In this document: positions 10,401-25,400 of the stretch, one piece after another
Layout: each line of letters begins with the position of its first letter
Position numbering within the stretch: the stretch's first letter is position 1
Assembly: GCA_964016885.1 (NCBI GenBank)
Contig: OZ024740.1
Coordinates: 2,108,001 to 2,172,000, forward strand
Reading direction: 5' to 3'
DNA: 64,000 nucleotides
Source of the DNA: Eledone cirrhosa
Taxonomy: Eukaryota
Notes under the pieces: model-generated
Databases searched by the model: none
Told to the model about the DNA's origin: nothing
Seen by the model: only the letters and a program-made list of their open reading frames with translations
Translations under genes and position numbers: made by a program

Positions 10401-13400
10401 TGGTATGTAGTATGTGGTGTGTAGTATGTAGTATGTGGTGTGTGTGTAGTATGTCGTGTGTGTAGTATGTGGTGTGTGTGAAGCATGTGGTCTGTAGTGT
10501 GTGTAGTAAGTGGTCTGTAGTATGTGGTGTGTGTTTAGTATGGGATATGTTGTATGTGGTGTGTGTAGTATTTGGTCTGTATTATTTGGTGTGTAGTATG
10601 TGGTGTGTATGTAGTATGTGGTGTGTGTAGTATGTGGTGTGTAATATGTGGTGTGTATAGTATATGGTGTGTGTGTAGTATGTGGTGTGTGCAATATATG
10701 GTGTATAGTATGTGGTGTGTGTAGTTTGTGCTTTGGAGTATGTGGTGTGTATAGTATGTGGTGTGTGTAGTTTGTGCTTTGGAATATGTGGTGTGTGTGT
10801 ATTATGTGATATGTGTAGTATATGGTATGTGTAGTAGGTGGTGTGTAGTATGTAGTATGTGGTGTGTGTAGTATGTGGTTTGTGTTGTATATGGTGTGTG
10901 TAATATGTGGGGGTGTAGTATGTGGTTGGTAGTATGTGGTGTGTGTAGTATCTGGTGTGTAGTATGTGTTGTGACATGTGGTGTGGAGTATGAGAGGTGT
11001 AGTTTGTGGTGTATGTAGTATATGGTGTGTGTGTAGCATGTGGTCTGTAGTATGTGGTGTGTGTTGTATGTGCTGTGTGTGTAGTATGTGGTGTGTGTTG
11101 TATATGGTGTGTGTAGTATGTGGTGTGTGTAGTATGTGGTGTGTAGTATGTGGAGTCTAGTATGTGTTGTGTAGTATATGGTGTGTATAGTATGTGTAGT
11201 ATGTGGTGTGTGTAGTATGTGTTGTTTAGTATGTCGTGTGTAGTATGTTGTGTGTGTAGTATGTGGTGTGTGTAATATGTGGTGAATAGTATATGGGGTG
11301 TGTAGTATGTAGTGGGTGTAGTATGTGGTGTGTGTAGCATGTGGTGTGTAGTATGTGGTGTCTAGTATGTGGTGTGTAGTGTGTAGTATGTGGTACCTAG
11401 AAAGTGGTGTCTGTAGAATGTAGTGTGTAGTATGTGGTGTGTGTAGTATGTGTTGTTTAGTATGTAGTGTGTTTGTTGTATGTGGTGAGTAGTATGTGGT
11501 GTGTGCAGTATGTAGTGGGTGTAGTATATGGTGTGTAGTATGTAGTGTGTGTGTAGTATGTGCTGTGTAGCATATGGTGTGTAGTATGTGGTGTGTAGTA
11601 CATGGTCTGTGTAGTGTGTGGTGTGTGTGTGTAGTATATGGTGTATAGTATTTTGTATGTAGTATGTGGTGTGTATAGTATGAAGTGTGTGTGTAGTATG
11701 TGGTATGTGTGTAGTATGTGGTGTGTGTAGTATGTGGTATGTGTGTAGTATGTGGTGTGTGTAGTGTGTGGTGTGTGTGTAGTATGTGGTGTGTGTAGTA
11801 TGTGGTGTATAGTATGTGGTATGTATTATGTGGTGTGTGGAGTATGTGGACTGTGTAGTATGTGGGGGGTGTAGTACGTGGTGAGTAGTATGTGGTGGGT
11901 GTCGTATGTAGTATGTGGTGTGTGTGTAGTATGTCGTGTGTGTGTAGTATGTCGTGTGTGTGTGTATGTGGTGTGTAGTATGTGGTGTGTGTAGTATGTG
12001 GTGTGTGTAGTATGTGGTGTGTGTGAAGCATGTGGTCTGTAGTGTGTGTTGTATGAAGTGTGTGTAGTAAGTGGTCTGTAGTATGTGGTGTGTGTAGTAT
12101 TTGGTGTGTGCGTAGTATGTGGTGTGTGTGTAGTATGTGGTGTGGGTGTAGTATGTGGTGTGTATGTAGTATGTGGTGTGTGTAGTATGTGGTGTGTAGT
12201 ATTTGGTGTGTAGTATATGGTGTGTGTGTAGTATGTGGTGTGTGTGTAGTATGTGGTGTGTAGTATGTAGTATGTGGAATGTGTAGTAAGGGTGTATAGT
12301 ATGAAGTGTGTGTGTATTATGTGGTATGTAGTATATGGTGTATAGTATGTGGTATGTATTATGTGGTGTGTGTGTGTAGTATATGGTGTATAGTATGTGG
12401 TATGTATTATGTGGTGTGTGTAATATGTGGTGTATAGTATGTGGTATGTAGTATGTGGTGTGTGTAATATGTGGTGTATAGTATGTGGTATGTATTATGT
12501 AGTGTGTGTAATATGTGGTATGTGGTATGTGGTGTGTGTGTAGTATGTGGTATGTATTATGTGGTGTGTGTGTAGTATATGGTGTATAGTATGTGGTATG
12601 TAGTATGTGGTGTGTGTGTAGTATATGGTGTATAGTATGTGGTATGTATTATGTGGTGTGTGTGTAGTATATGGTGTATAGTATGTGGTATGTATTATGT
12701 GGTGTGTGTGTAGTATGTGGTGTATAGTATGTGGTATGTATTATGTGGTGTGTGTAGTATGTGGTGTGTGTGTAGTATATGGTGTATAGTATGTGGTATG
12801 TATTATGTGGTGTGTGTGTAGTATATGGTGTATAGTATGTGGTATGTATTATGTGGTGTGTGTGTAGTATATGGTGTATAGTATGTGGTATGTAGTATGT
12901 GGTGTGTGTGTAATATGTGGTGTATAGTATGTGGTATGTAGTATGTGGTGTATAGTATGTGGTATGTATTATGTGGTGTGTGTGTGTAGTATATGGTGTA
13001 TAGTATGTGGTGTGTGTGTAGTATATGGTGTATAGTATGTGGTATGTATTATGTGGTGTGTGTAGTATATGGTGTATAGTATGTGGTATGTATTATGTGG
13101 TGTGTATAGTATGTGGTATGTATTATGTGGTGTGTGTGTAGTATATGGTGTATAGTATGTGGTATGTATTATGTGGTGTGTGTAGTATGTGGTATGTATT
13201 ATGTGGTGTGTGTGTAGTATATGGTGTATAGTATGTGGTATGTATTATGTGGTGTGTGTAGTATGTGGTATGTATTATGTGGTGTGTGTGTAGTATATGG
13301 TGTATAGTATGTGGTATGTATTATGTGGTGTGTGTAGTATGTGGTATGTATTATGTGGTGTGTGTGTAGTATGTGGTGAGTAGTATGTGGTGAGTAGTAT

Positions 13401-16400
13401 GGGGTGTGTTGTATGTGGTGGCTGTTGTATGTAGTATGTGGTGTGTGTAGTATGTGGCGAGTAGTATGTGGTGTGTGTGGTGTGTAGTATGTGGTGTGTT
13501 GTATGTGGTGTGTAGTATGTGGTGAGTAGTATGTGGTGGCTGTTGTATGTGGTGTGTGTGGTGTGTAGTATGTGGTGTGTGTGGTATGTAGTATGGAGTG
13601 TGTAGTATGTGGTGAGTAGTATGTGGTGTGTAGTATGTGGTGTGTGTGGTATGTGGTGAGTAGTATGTGGTGTGTGTAGTATGTGGTGGCTGTTGTATGT
13701 GGTGTGTGTGGTATGTAGTATGTGGTGTGTAGTATGTGGTGTGTTGTATGTGGTGTGTAGTATGTGGTGAGTAGTATGTGGTGGCTGTTGTATGTGGTGT
13801 GTGTGGTGTGTAGTATGTGGTGGCTGTTGTATGTGGTGTGTGTGGTATGTAGTATGGAGTGTGTAGTATGTGGTGAGTAGTATGTGGTGTGTAGTATGTG
13901 GTGTGTGTGGTATGTGGTGAGTAGTATGTGGTGTGTGTAGTATGTGGTGGCTGTTGTATGTGGTGTGTGTGGTATGTAGTATGGGGTGTGTAGTATGTGG
14001 TGAGTAGTATGTGGTGTGTGTGGTATGTAGTATGTGGTGTGTAGTATGGTGTGTGTAGTATGTGGTGGGTGTTGTATGTGGTGTGTGTAGTATGTGGTGT
14101 GTAGTATGGGGTGTGTAGTATGTGGCGAGTAGTATGTGGTGTGTGTAGTATGTGGTGTGTGTAGTATGTGGTGGGTGTTGTATGTGGTGTGTGTGGTATG
14201 TAGTATGTGGTGTGTAGTATGTAGTATGTGGTGTGTGTGTAGTATGTCGTGTGTGTAGTATGTGGTGTGTGTGAAGCATGTGGTCTGTAGTGTGTGTAGT
14301 AAGTGGTCTGTAGTATGTGGTGTGTGTTTAGTATGGGATATGTTGTATGTGGTGTGTGTAGTATTTGGTCTGTATTATTTGGTGTGTAGTATGTGGTGTG
14401 TATGTAGTATGTGGTGTGTGTAGTATGTGGTGTGTAGTATGTGGTGTGTAATATGTGGTGTGTATAGTATATGGTGTGTGTGTAGTATGTGGTGTGTGCA
14501 ATATATGGTGTATAGTATGTGGTGTGTGTAGTTTGTGCTTTGGAGTATGTGGTGTGTATAGTATGTGGTGTGTGTAGTTTGTGCTTTGGAATATGTGGTG
14601 TGTGTGTATTATGTGATATGTGTAGTATATGGTATGTGTAGTAGGTGGTGTGTAGTATGTAGTATGTGGTGTGTGTAGTATGTGGTTTGTGTTGTATATG
14701 GTGTGTGTAATATGTGGGGGTGTAGTATGTGGTTGGTAGTATGTGGTGTGTGTAGTATCTGGTGTGTAGTATGTGTTGTGACATGTGGTGTGGAGTATGA
14801 GAGGTGTAGTTTGTGGTGTATGTAGTATATGGTGTGTGTGTAGCATGTGGTCTGTAGTATGTGGTGTGTGTTGTATGTGCTGTGTGTGTAGTATGTGGTG
14901 TGTGTTGTATATGGTGTGTGTAGTATGTGGAGTCTAGTATGTGTTGTGTAGTATATGGTGTGTATAGTATGTGTAGTATGTGGTGTGTGTAGTATGTGTT
15001 GTTTAGTATGTCGTGTGTAGTATGTTGTGTGTGTAGTATGTGGTGTCTGTAATATGTGGTGAATAGTATATGGGGTGTGTAGTATGTAGTGGGTGTAGTA
15101 TGTGGTGTGTGTAGCATGTGGTGTGTAGTATGTGGTGTCTAGTATGTGGTGTGTAGTGTGTAGTATGTGGTACCTAGAAAGTGGTGTCTGTAGAATGTAG
15201 TGTGTAGTATGTGGTGTGTGTAGTATGTGTTGTTTAGTATGTAGTGTGTTTGTTGTATGTGGTGAGTAGTATGTGGTGTGTGCAGTATGTAGTGGGTGTA
15301 GTATATGGTGTGTAGTATGTAGTGTGTGTGTAGTATGTGCTGTGTAGCATATGGTGTATAGTATGTGGTGTGTAGTATGTGGTGTGTAGTACATGGTCTG
15401 TGTAGTGTGTGGTGTGTGTGTAGTATATGGTGTATAGTATTTTGTATGTAGTATGTGGTGTGTATAGTATGAAGTGTGTGTGTAGTATGTGGTATGTGTG
15501 TAGTATGTGGTGTGTGTAGTATGTGGTATGTGTGTAGTATGTGGTGTGTGTAGTGTGTGGTGTGTGTGTAGTATGTGGTGTGTGTAGTATGTGGTGTATA
15601 GTATGTGGTATGTATTATGTGGTGTGTGGAGTATGTGGACTGTGTAGTATGTGGGGGGTGTAGTACGTGGTGGGTGTCGTATGTAGTATGTAGTATGTGG
15701 TGTGTGTGTAGTATGTCGTGTGTGTGTAGTATGTCGTGTGTGTGTGTATGTGGTGTGTAGTATGTGGTGTGTGTAGTATGTGGTGTGTGTAGTATGTGGT
15801 GTGTGTGAAGCATGTGGTCTGTAGTGTGTGTTGTATGAAGTGTGTGTAGTAAGTGGTCTGTAGTATGTGGTGTGTGTAGTATTTGGTGTGTGCGTAGTAT
15901 GTGGTGTGGGTGTAGTATGTGGTGTGTATGTAGTATGTGGTGTGTGTAGTATGTGGTGTGTAGTATTTGGTGTGTAGTATTTGGTGTGTAGTATATGGTG
16001 TGTGTGTAGTATGTGGTGTGTGTGTAGTATGTGGTGTGTGTGTAGTATGTGGTCTGTGTGTAGTATGTGGTGTGTGTAGTATGTGGTGTGTGTAATATAT
16101 GGTGTATAGTATGTGGTGTGTGTAGTTTGTGCTTTGGAGTATGTAGTGTGTGTGTAGTATGTGGTGTTTGTGTATTATGTGATATGTGTAGTATATGGTG
16201 TGTGTAGTATGTAGTATGTGGTCTGTGTTGTATATCGTGTGTGTAGTATGTGGTATGTGTCGTATGTGGTGTGTAGTATGTGGTGTGTGTAGTATCTGGT
16301 GTGTAGTATTTGTTGTGTAGTAGGTGGTGTGTAGTTTGTGGTGTATGTAGTATATGGTATGTGTGTAGCATGTGGTCTGTAGTATAAGGTGTGTACTATA

Positions 16401-19400
16401 TTGTGTTTATAGTATGTGGTGTGTGTGTAGTATGTGGTGTGTGTTGTATATGGTGTGTCGTGTGTGGTGTGTATATTATATGGTGTTTAGTATGTGGTGG
16501 GTGTAGTATGTGGGGGGTGTAGTATGGGGTGTGTGTAGTATGTGATGTTTAGTATGTGGTGTCTAGTATGTGGTGTGTGTAGTATGTGGTGTGTGTGTAG
16601 TATATGGTGTATAGTATGTGGTATGTATTATGAGGTGTATAGTATGTGGTATGTATTATGTGGTGTGTGTAGTATGTGGTGTGTGTGTAGTATATGGTGT
16701 ATAGTATGTGGTATGTATTATGTGGTGTGTGTGTAGTATATGGTGTGTAATATGTGGTGTGTGTAGTATGTGGTGTGTGTGGTGTGTGTTGTATGTGGTG
16801 GGTGTGGTATGTAGTATGTGGTGTGTAGTATGGTGTGTGTGTAGTATGTGGTGGGTGTTGTATGTGGTGTGTGTAGTATGTGGTGTGTGTAGTATGTGGT
16901 GTGTGTGGTATGTAGTATGGGGTGTGTAGTATGGGGTGTGTAGTATGTGGTGAGTAGTATGTGGTGTGTGTAGTATGTGGTGGGTGTTGTATGTGGTGGG
17001 TTTTGTATGTGGTGTGTGTGGTATGTAGTAGGGGGTGTGTTGTATGTGGTGTGTAGTATGTGGTGAGTAGTATGTGGTGTGTAGTATGTGGTGAGTAGTA
17101 TGGGGTGTGTTGTATGTGGTGGCTGTTGTATGTAGTATGTGGTGTGTAGTATGTGGTGAGTAGTATGTGGTGTGTGTAGTATGTGGCGAGTAGTATGTGG
17201 TGTGTGTGGTATGTAGTATGTGGTGTGTAGTATGGGGTGTGTTGTATGTGGTGAGTAGTATGTGGTGTGTGTAGTATGTGGTGGCTGTTGTATGTGGTGT
17301 GTGTGGTATGTAGTATGGAGTGTGTGTAGTATGTGGTGTGTGTGGTATGTGGTGAGTAGTATGTGGTGGCTGTTGTATGTGGTGTGTGTGGTATGTAGTA
17401 TGGGGTGTGTAGTATGTGGTGTGTAGTATGGTGTGTGTAGTATGTGGTGTGTGTAGTATGTGGTGGGTGTTGTATGTGGTGTGTGTAGTATGTGGTGTGT
17501 GTAGTATGTGGTGTGTGTGGTGTGTAGTATGGGGTGTATAGTATGTGGCGAGTAGTATGTGGTGTGTGTAGTATGTGGTGTGTGTAGTATGTGGTGGGTG
17601 TTGTATGTGGTGTGTAGTATGTAGTATGTGGTGTGTGTGTAGTATTTGGTGTGTATGTAGTATTTGGTGTGTAGTATGTGGTGTGTGTAGTATGTGGTGT
17701 GTAGTATTTGGTGTGTAGTATGTGGTGTGTAATATGTGGTGTGTATAGTATGTGGTGTGTGTAGTATGTGGTGTGTGCAATATATGGTGTATAGTATGTG
17801 GTGTGTGTAGTTTGTGCTTTGGAGTATGTGGTGTGTATAGTATGTGGTGTGTGTAGTTTGTGCTTTGGAGTATGTGGTGTGTGTGTAGTATGTGGTGTGT
17901 GTGTATTATGTGATATGTGTAGTATATGGTATGTGTAGTAGGTGGTGTGTAGTATGTAGTATGTGGTGTGTGTAGTATGTGGTTTGTGTTGTATATGGTG
18001 TGTGTACTATGTGGGGGTGTAGTATCTGGTGTGTAGTATGTGGTGTGGAGTATGAGAGGTGTAGTTTGTGGTGTATGTAGTATATGGTGTGTGTGTAGCA
18101 TGTGGTGTGTGTAGTATGTGGTGTGTGTTGTATGTGCTGTGTGTGTAGTATGTGGTGTGTGTTGTATATGGTGTGTGTAGTATGTGGTGTGTGTAGTATG
18201 TGGTGTGTAGTTAATGGTGTGTATAGTATGTGTAGTATGTGGTGTGTGTAGTATGTGTTGTTTAGTATGTGGTGAATAGTATATGGGGTGTGTAGTATGT
18301 AGTGGGTGTAGTATGTGGTGTGTGTAGCATGTGGTGTGTAGTATGTAGTATGTGGTGCCTAGTAAGTGGTGTCTGTAGAATGTAGTGTGTGGTGTGTGTA
18401 GTATGTGTTGTTTAGTATGTAGTGTGTTTGTTGTATGTGGTGAGTAGTATGTGGTGTGTGCAGTATGTAGTGGGTGTAGTATATGGTGTGTAGTATGTAG
18501 TGTGTGTGTAGTATGTGCTGTGTAGCATATGGTGTATAGTATGTGGTGTGTAGTATGTGGTGTGTAGTATGTGATGTGTGTAGTATGTGGTGTGTAGTAC
18601 ATGGTCTGTGTAGTGTGTGGTGTGTGTGTAGTATATGGTGTATAGTATTTTGTATGTAGTATGTGGTGTGTATAGTATGAAGTGTGTGTGTAGTATGTGG
18701 TGTGTGTAGTGTGTGGTGTGTGTGTAGTATGTGGTGTGTAATATATGGTGTATAGTATGTGGTATGTATTATGTGGTGTGTGTAGTATGTGGGGGATGTA
18801 GTACGTGGTATGGGGTGTGTAGTATATAGTATGTGGTGTGTGTGTCGTATGTCGTGTGTGTGTGTATGTGGTGTGTAGTAAGTGGTCTGTAGTATGTGGT
18901 GTGTGTGTAGTATGTGGTGTGGGTGTAGTATGTGGTGTGTGTGTAGTATGTGGTGTGTGTAGTATGTGGTGTGTAGTATTTGGTGTGTAGTATGTGGTGT
19001 GTATAGTATATGGTGTGTGTGTAGTATGTGGTGTGTGTAATATATGGTGTATAGTATGTGGTGTGTGTAGTTTGTGCTTTGGAGTATGTAGTGTGTGTGT
19101 AGTATGTGGTGTTTGTGTATTATGTGATATGTGTAGTATATAGTGTGTGTAGTATGTAGTATGTGGTCTGTGTTGTATATCGTGTGTGTAGTATGTGGTA
19201 TGTGTCGTATGTGGTGTGTGTATTATCTGTTGTGTAGTAGGTGGTGTGAGATATGTGGTGTGGAGTATGAGATGTGTAGTTTGTGGTGTGGGTAGTATGT
19301 GGTGTATGTGTAGCATGTGGTCTGTAGTATAAGGTGTGTACTATGTTGTGTTTATAGTATGTGGTGTGTGTGTAGTATGTGGTGTGTGTTGTATATGGTG

Positions 19401-22400
19401 TGTCGTGTGTGGTGTGTATATTATATGGTGTTTAGTATGTGGTGTGAAGTATGTGGTGGGTGTAGTATGTGGGGGGTGTAGTATGTGGTGTGTGTAGTAT
19501 GGGGTGTGTCTAGTATGTGATGTTTAGTATGTGGTGTCTAGTATGTGGTGTGTGTAGTATGTGGTGTGTAGTATGGGGTGTGTGTGTAGTGTGTGGTGTG
19601 TAGTATGTAGTGTGTGTGTAGCATGTGGTGTGTGTAATATGTGGTGTGTAGTATATGTTGTATAGTATGTGGTATGTAGTATGGTGGGTGTGTAGTATGT
19701 GGTGTGTACTATGTCGTGTGTGTAGTATATGGTGTGTAGTATGTGGTGTGTGTAGTATGTGGTGTGTGTGTAGTATGTGATGTGTAATATGTCGTGTGTA
19801 GTATTTGGTGGGTAGTATGCAATGTGTAGAATGTGTGTAGTATGGGGTCTGATGTATGTGGTGTGTTGTATGGGGTGTATGTAGTATGTGATGTTTAGTA
19901 TGTGGTGTGGGTAGTATGGGATCTGTATGTAATATGTGGTGTGTGTCTAGTATGTGGTGTGTGTATAGTATGAGGTGTGTGTGTAGTATGTGGTGTGTGT
20001 GTAGTATGTGGTGTATGTAATGTGTGGTGTGTATGTAGCATGTGGTGTATGTAATAAGTGGTGTGCAATATTTTGTGTGTGTAGTATCTGGTGTGTTGTA
20101 TGTGGTGTATGTAGTGTGTAGTATGTGGTCTGTTGTATATGGCGTGTGTAGCATGTGGTATTTGTAGTATGTGGTGTGTGTAGTATGTGGTGTGTGTAGC
20201 ATGTGGTGTGTGTATTGTGTGGTGTGTAGTATTTGTTGTGTAATAAGTGGTGTCTAGTATGTGTTGTGTAGTATGTTGTTTGTACTATGTGGTGTGCATA
20301 GTATGTGTTGTTTAGTATGTGGTGTGTGTTTGTTGTGTGTGGTGTGTGTAGTATGTGGTGTTTGTAGTATGTGGTGTGTGTAGTATGTGGTGTGTTGTTT
20401 GTGGTGTGTGTAGTATGAGGTGTGTGCAGTATGTGGTCTGTAGTATGTGGTGTGTGTAGTATTTAGTGGGTGTAGTATATGGTGTGTAGTATGTGGTGGG
20501 TAGTATATAGTGTGTAGTACGTGTTGTTTGTAGTATGTGGTGAGTAGTACGTGTTGTGTACTATGTGGTTTGTAGTATGTAGTATGTGGTGTGTGTAGTA
20601 TGAGGTGTGAAATATGTGGTGTGTAGTATGTGGTGTGTAAAATGTGATGTGTATAGTATATGGTGTGTGTGTAGTATGTGGAGTGTGGACTGTATGGTGT
20701 GTGTAGTATATGGTGGGTAGTATATAGTGTGTAGTACGTGTTGTTTGTAGTATGTGGTGTGTGTAGTATGTGGTGTGTGTAGTATGTGGTGTGTAGTGTG
20801 TGGTGTGTAGTATGGGGTGTGTAGTATATGTTGTATAGTATGTGGTCTGTAGTATGTTGTGTGTAGTATGTGGTGTGTGTAGTATGTAGTATGTAGAATG
20901 TGGTGTGTGTGTAGTATGTGGTATGTGTGTAGTATGTGGTGTGTGTAGTATATGGTGTGAAGTATATGGTGTTTTTTATGTGGTGTGTAGTATGTGGTGT
21001 GTGTAGTATATGGTGTGAAGTATGTGGTGTGTAGTATATGGTGTTTTGTATGTGGTGTGTAGTATTTGTTGTGTAGTATGTGGTGTGTAGTATGCCGTGT
21101 GTAGTACGTCGTGTGTTTGTAGTATGCGGTGTGTAGTATGTGGTGTGTGTAGTATGTAGTGTGTAATTTTTGGTGTGTGTGTAGTATGTGGTCTGTAGTA
21201 TGTGGTGTGTGTAGTGTGTAGTATGTGGTCTGTAGTATGTGGTGTGTAGTATGTGGTGTGTGTAGTATGTGGTCTGTGTTGTATATGGTGTGTGTAATAT
21301 GTGGTGTGTTGTATGTTGTGTGTGTAATATGTGGTCTGTAGTATTTGGTGAATAGTCTGTGGTGTTTGTAGTATGTAGTGGGTGTAGTATGGGGTGTGTA
21401 TGTAGTATGTGGTGTGTGTAGTATGTGGTGTGTATTGTGTGGTGTGTGTAGTATGTGGTGTGTACTATGTGGTGTGTAGTCTGTGATGTGTTTAGTATGT
21501 AGTGTCTGTGTAGTATGTGGTGTGTGTGTTGTATGTGGAGTGTGTAGTTTGTGGTGTGTAGCGTATGGTGTATAGTATGTGGTATGTAGTATGTGGTGTG
21601 TTGTATGTAGTGTGCGTAGTATGTGGTATATGTAGTGTGTCGTATGTGGTGTGTAGTATGTGGTCTGTAGTATGTGGTGTGTGTAGTATGTGGTGTGTAG
21701 TATGTGGTGTGTGTAGTATGTGGTGTGTGTAGTATGTGGTCTGTGTTGTATATGGTGTGTGTAGTATGTGGTGGGTGTTGTATGTGGTGTGTGTAGTATG
21801 TGGTGTGTAGTATGCGGTGTGTAGTATGTGGTGATTGTAGTATGTGGTGTTTGTAGAATATTTTGTGTAATATGTGGGGGTGTATTATGTGGTATGTAGG
21901 ATGGGGTGTGTAGTATGTAGTGTGTTGGATGTTGTGTGTGTAATATGTGGTGTGTAGTAAGTGGTGTGTTTAGTATGTGGTGTGTAGTATAACGTGTATA
22001 GTATGTGGCGTGTAGCATGTGGTGTGTAGTATGTGGTTTGTACTATGTGGTGTGTGTAGTATATGCTGTGTAGTATGGTGTGTGTAGTATGTGGTGTGTT
22101 GTATGTGGTGTGTAGTATGTGGTGTGTAGTATGTGGTGTGTAGTATGTGGTATGTGTAGTATGTGGTATGTAGTATGTGATGTGTTGTTTGTGGTGTGTA
22201 GCATGTGGGGTATGTAGTATATGGTGTGTGTAGTATGTGGTGTGTGTAGTATGTGGTCTGTGTTGTATATGGTGTGTGTAATATGTGGTGTGTTGTGTTT
22301 GTAATATGTGGTGTGTAGTATGTGTTGTGTAGATATGTGGTGTGTAGTATGTGGTGTGTTTAGTATGTAGTGTGTAGTATAACGTGTATAGTATGTGGCA

Positions 22401-25400
22401 TGTAGCATGTGGTGTGTCGTATGTGGTGTGTAGTATGTGGTTTGTACTATGTGGTGTGTGTAGTATGGGGTCTGTGTGTAGTATGTGGTGTGTTGTATGT
22501 GGTGTGTAGTATGTGGTGTGTAGTATGTGGTGTGTCGTATGTGGTGTGTAGTATGTGGTGTGTGTAGTATGTGGTATGTAGTATGTGGTGTGTAGTATGT
22601 GATGTGTTGTTTGTGGTGTGTAGTATGTGGTGTGTAGTATGTTATGTTTGTAGTATGTGGTGTGTGAGAGACGTGGTGTCCGTGTGTAGTATGTGGTGTG
22701 TAGTATGTTATGTTTGTAGTATGTGGTGTGTGAGATATGTGGTGTGCGTGTGTAGTATGTGGTGTGTGTGTAGTATGTGGTGTGTAGTATGTGTTGTGTG
22801 TAGTATGTGGTGTGTGTAGTATGTGGTGTGTGTTGTATGTGGTGTGTGTTGTATATGGTATGTGATGTATGTAGTATGTGGTGTGTAGTATGTGGTTTGT
22901 GGAGTGTAGAATGTGGTGTCTAGTATGTGTTGTATAGTATGTGGTTTGTAGTATGTGGTGTGTGTAGCATGTGGTGTATGTGTAGTATGTGGTGTGTGTG
23001 TAGTATGTGTTGTTTAGTATGTGGTGTGTAGTATGTAGTGTATAGTATGTGATGTGTGTATTATCTCCTGTGTTTGTAGTATGTCTTGTGTAGTGTGTGG
23101 TGTGTGTAGTATGTCGTGTGTAGTATGTGTTGAGTAGTGTGTGGTGTGTGTAGTATGTAGTGGGTGTGTGTATTAAGTAGTGTGTAGTATGTGGTGTGTG
23201 TAGTATGTAGTGTGTAGTATGTAATGTGTGTAGTATCACGTGTTTGTAGTATGTCTTGTGTATTGTGTGGTGTGTAGTATGTGATGAGTAGTATGTGGTG
23301 GGTGTAGTATATCGTGTGTAGTTTGTGGTGTGTAGTATGTGGCGTGTGTAGTATGTGGTGTGTAGTATGTGGTGTGTGTAGTATGTGGTGGGTAGTATAT
23401 TGTGTGTAGTATGTGATGTGTGTAGTAAGTGGTGTGCGTAGTATGTGGTGTGTAATATGTGATGTGTAGTATGTGGTGTGTATTGTATATGGTGTGTGTG
23501 TAGTAGGTGGTGGATAGTTTGTGGTATGTATACTAAGTGATGTGTTATGTATGTGGTGTGTGTAGTATGTGGTGTGTATAGTATATGGTGTGTGTGTAGT
23601 ATGTGGTGTGTGTAGTATATGGTGTATAGTATGTGTAGCATGTGGTGTGTTGTATGTGGTGTGTGTAGTATATGGTTTGTAGTATGTGGTGTGTGTAGTA
23701 TCGGGTCTGTGTGTAGTATGTGGTGTGTTTAGTATGTTGTGTGTAGTATGTGGTGTGTGTAGTATGTAGAGTGTATGTAGTATGTGGTGTGTGTGTAGTA
23801 TGTGGTGTGTGTGGTATGTGTAGTATGTGGTGTGTGTAATATGTGGTATGTAGTATGCGGTGTGTGTATTAAGTAGTGTGTAGTATGTGTATTTTGTGGT
23901 ATGTGGTGTGTGTGTAGTATGTGGTGTGTGTATTATGTGGTGTATAGTATGTGGTATGTAGTATGTGTGTGTGTGTAGTATGTGGTGTGTAGTATGTGGT
24001 GCGTGTTGTATGTTGTGTGTAGTATGTGTAGTATGTGGTGTGTGTGTAGTATGTGGTGAGTCGTATGTGGTTTGTGTAGTATGTAGTGTGTAGTATGTGG
24101 TGTGTAGTATGTGATGTGTGTAGCATCTCGTGTGTTTGTAGTATGTCTTGTGTAGTGTTTGGTGTGTAGTATGTGGTGTGTGTAGTATGTAGTGGGTGTA
24201 GTATGTTGTGTGTAGTATGTGATGTCTGGTCTGTGGTGTGTAGAATATGGTGTGTGTAGTATCTGGTGTGTAATATGTGGTTTGTAGTATGTGGTTTGTA
24301 TAGTATGTGGTGTGTGTGTAGTATGTGGTGTGTAGAATATGGTGTGTGTAGTATCTGGTGTGTAGTATGTTGTGTGTAATATGTGGTTTGTAGTATGTGG
24401 TGTGTATAGTATGTGGTGTGTCGTTAGTATGTGGTGTGTAGCATGTGTTGTAGTATGAGGTGTGTGTACTATTTGGTGCGTGTAGTATCGTGTGTGTAGT
24501 ATATGGTGTTTAGTATGTCGTGTGTAGTATGTGGTGTGTGGTGTGTGTAGTATGTGCTGTGTGTAGTATGTGGGGTGTAGTATGTGGTGTGTGTAGTATG
24601 TGGTGCGTGAAGTATGTGGTGTGTAGTATGTGGTGTGTGTAGTATGTGTACCATGTGGTGTCTGTAATATGCGGTGTGTAGTATGTGGTGCGTTGTTTGT
24701 GGTGTGGTGTAGTATGTAGTGTGTAGTATGTGGTGTGTAGTACGTGGTGTGTAGTGTGTGCTGTCTGTAGTATGTGGTGTGCGTAGTATGTTGTGTGCAG
24801 TATGTGGTGTGTAGTATGTAGTGTGTGTATTATGTGGTGTGCGTCGTATGTGGTGTGTAGTATGTGGTGTGTGTGTAGTATGTGGTGTATGTAGTATTTG
24901 GTGTGTAGTATGTGTTGTGTGTAGTATGTGCTATGTGTAGTATGTGGTGTGTAGTATGTGGTATGTCTTGTATATGGTGTGTTTAGTATGTGGTGTGTGT
25001 AGTATGTGGTGCGTGTAGTATGTGCTGTGTGTAGTATGTGGTGTGTAGTAAGTGGTGTGTAGTATGTGGTGTGTAGTATGCGGTGTGTGTAGGTTGTGGT
25101 GTATAGTATGTGGCGTGTAGTATGTGGTGTGTAGTATGTGGTGTGTGTAGTATGTGTTGTTTTGTATGTAGTGTGTAGTATGTGGTGTGTATAGTATGTG
25201 ATGTGTAGTATGTGTTGTTTTGTATGTGGTGTGTGTAGTATGTGGTGTGAGTAATATGTGGTGTGTGTAGTATGTGGTGTGTAGTATATGGTGTGTGTGG
25301 TATGTAGTATGTGGTGTGTAGTATCTGGTGTGTGTAGTATGTGGTGTGTGTGTAATATGTGGTGTGTGGTTAGTATGTGGTGTGTAGTATGTGGTCTGTA

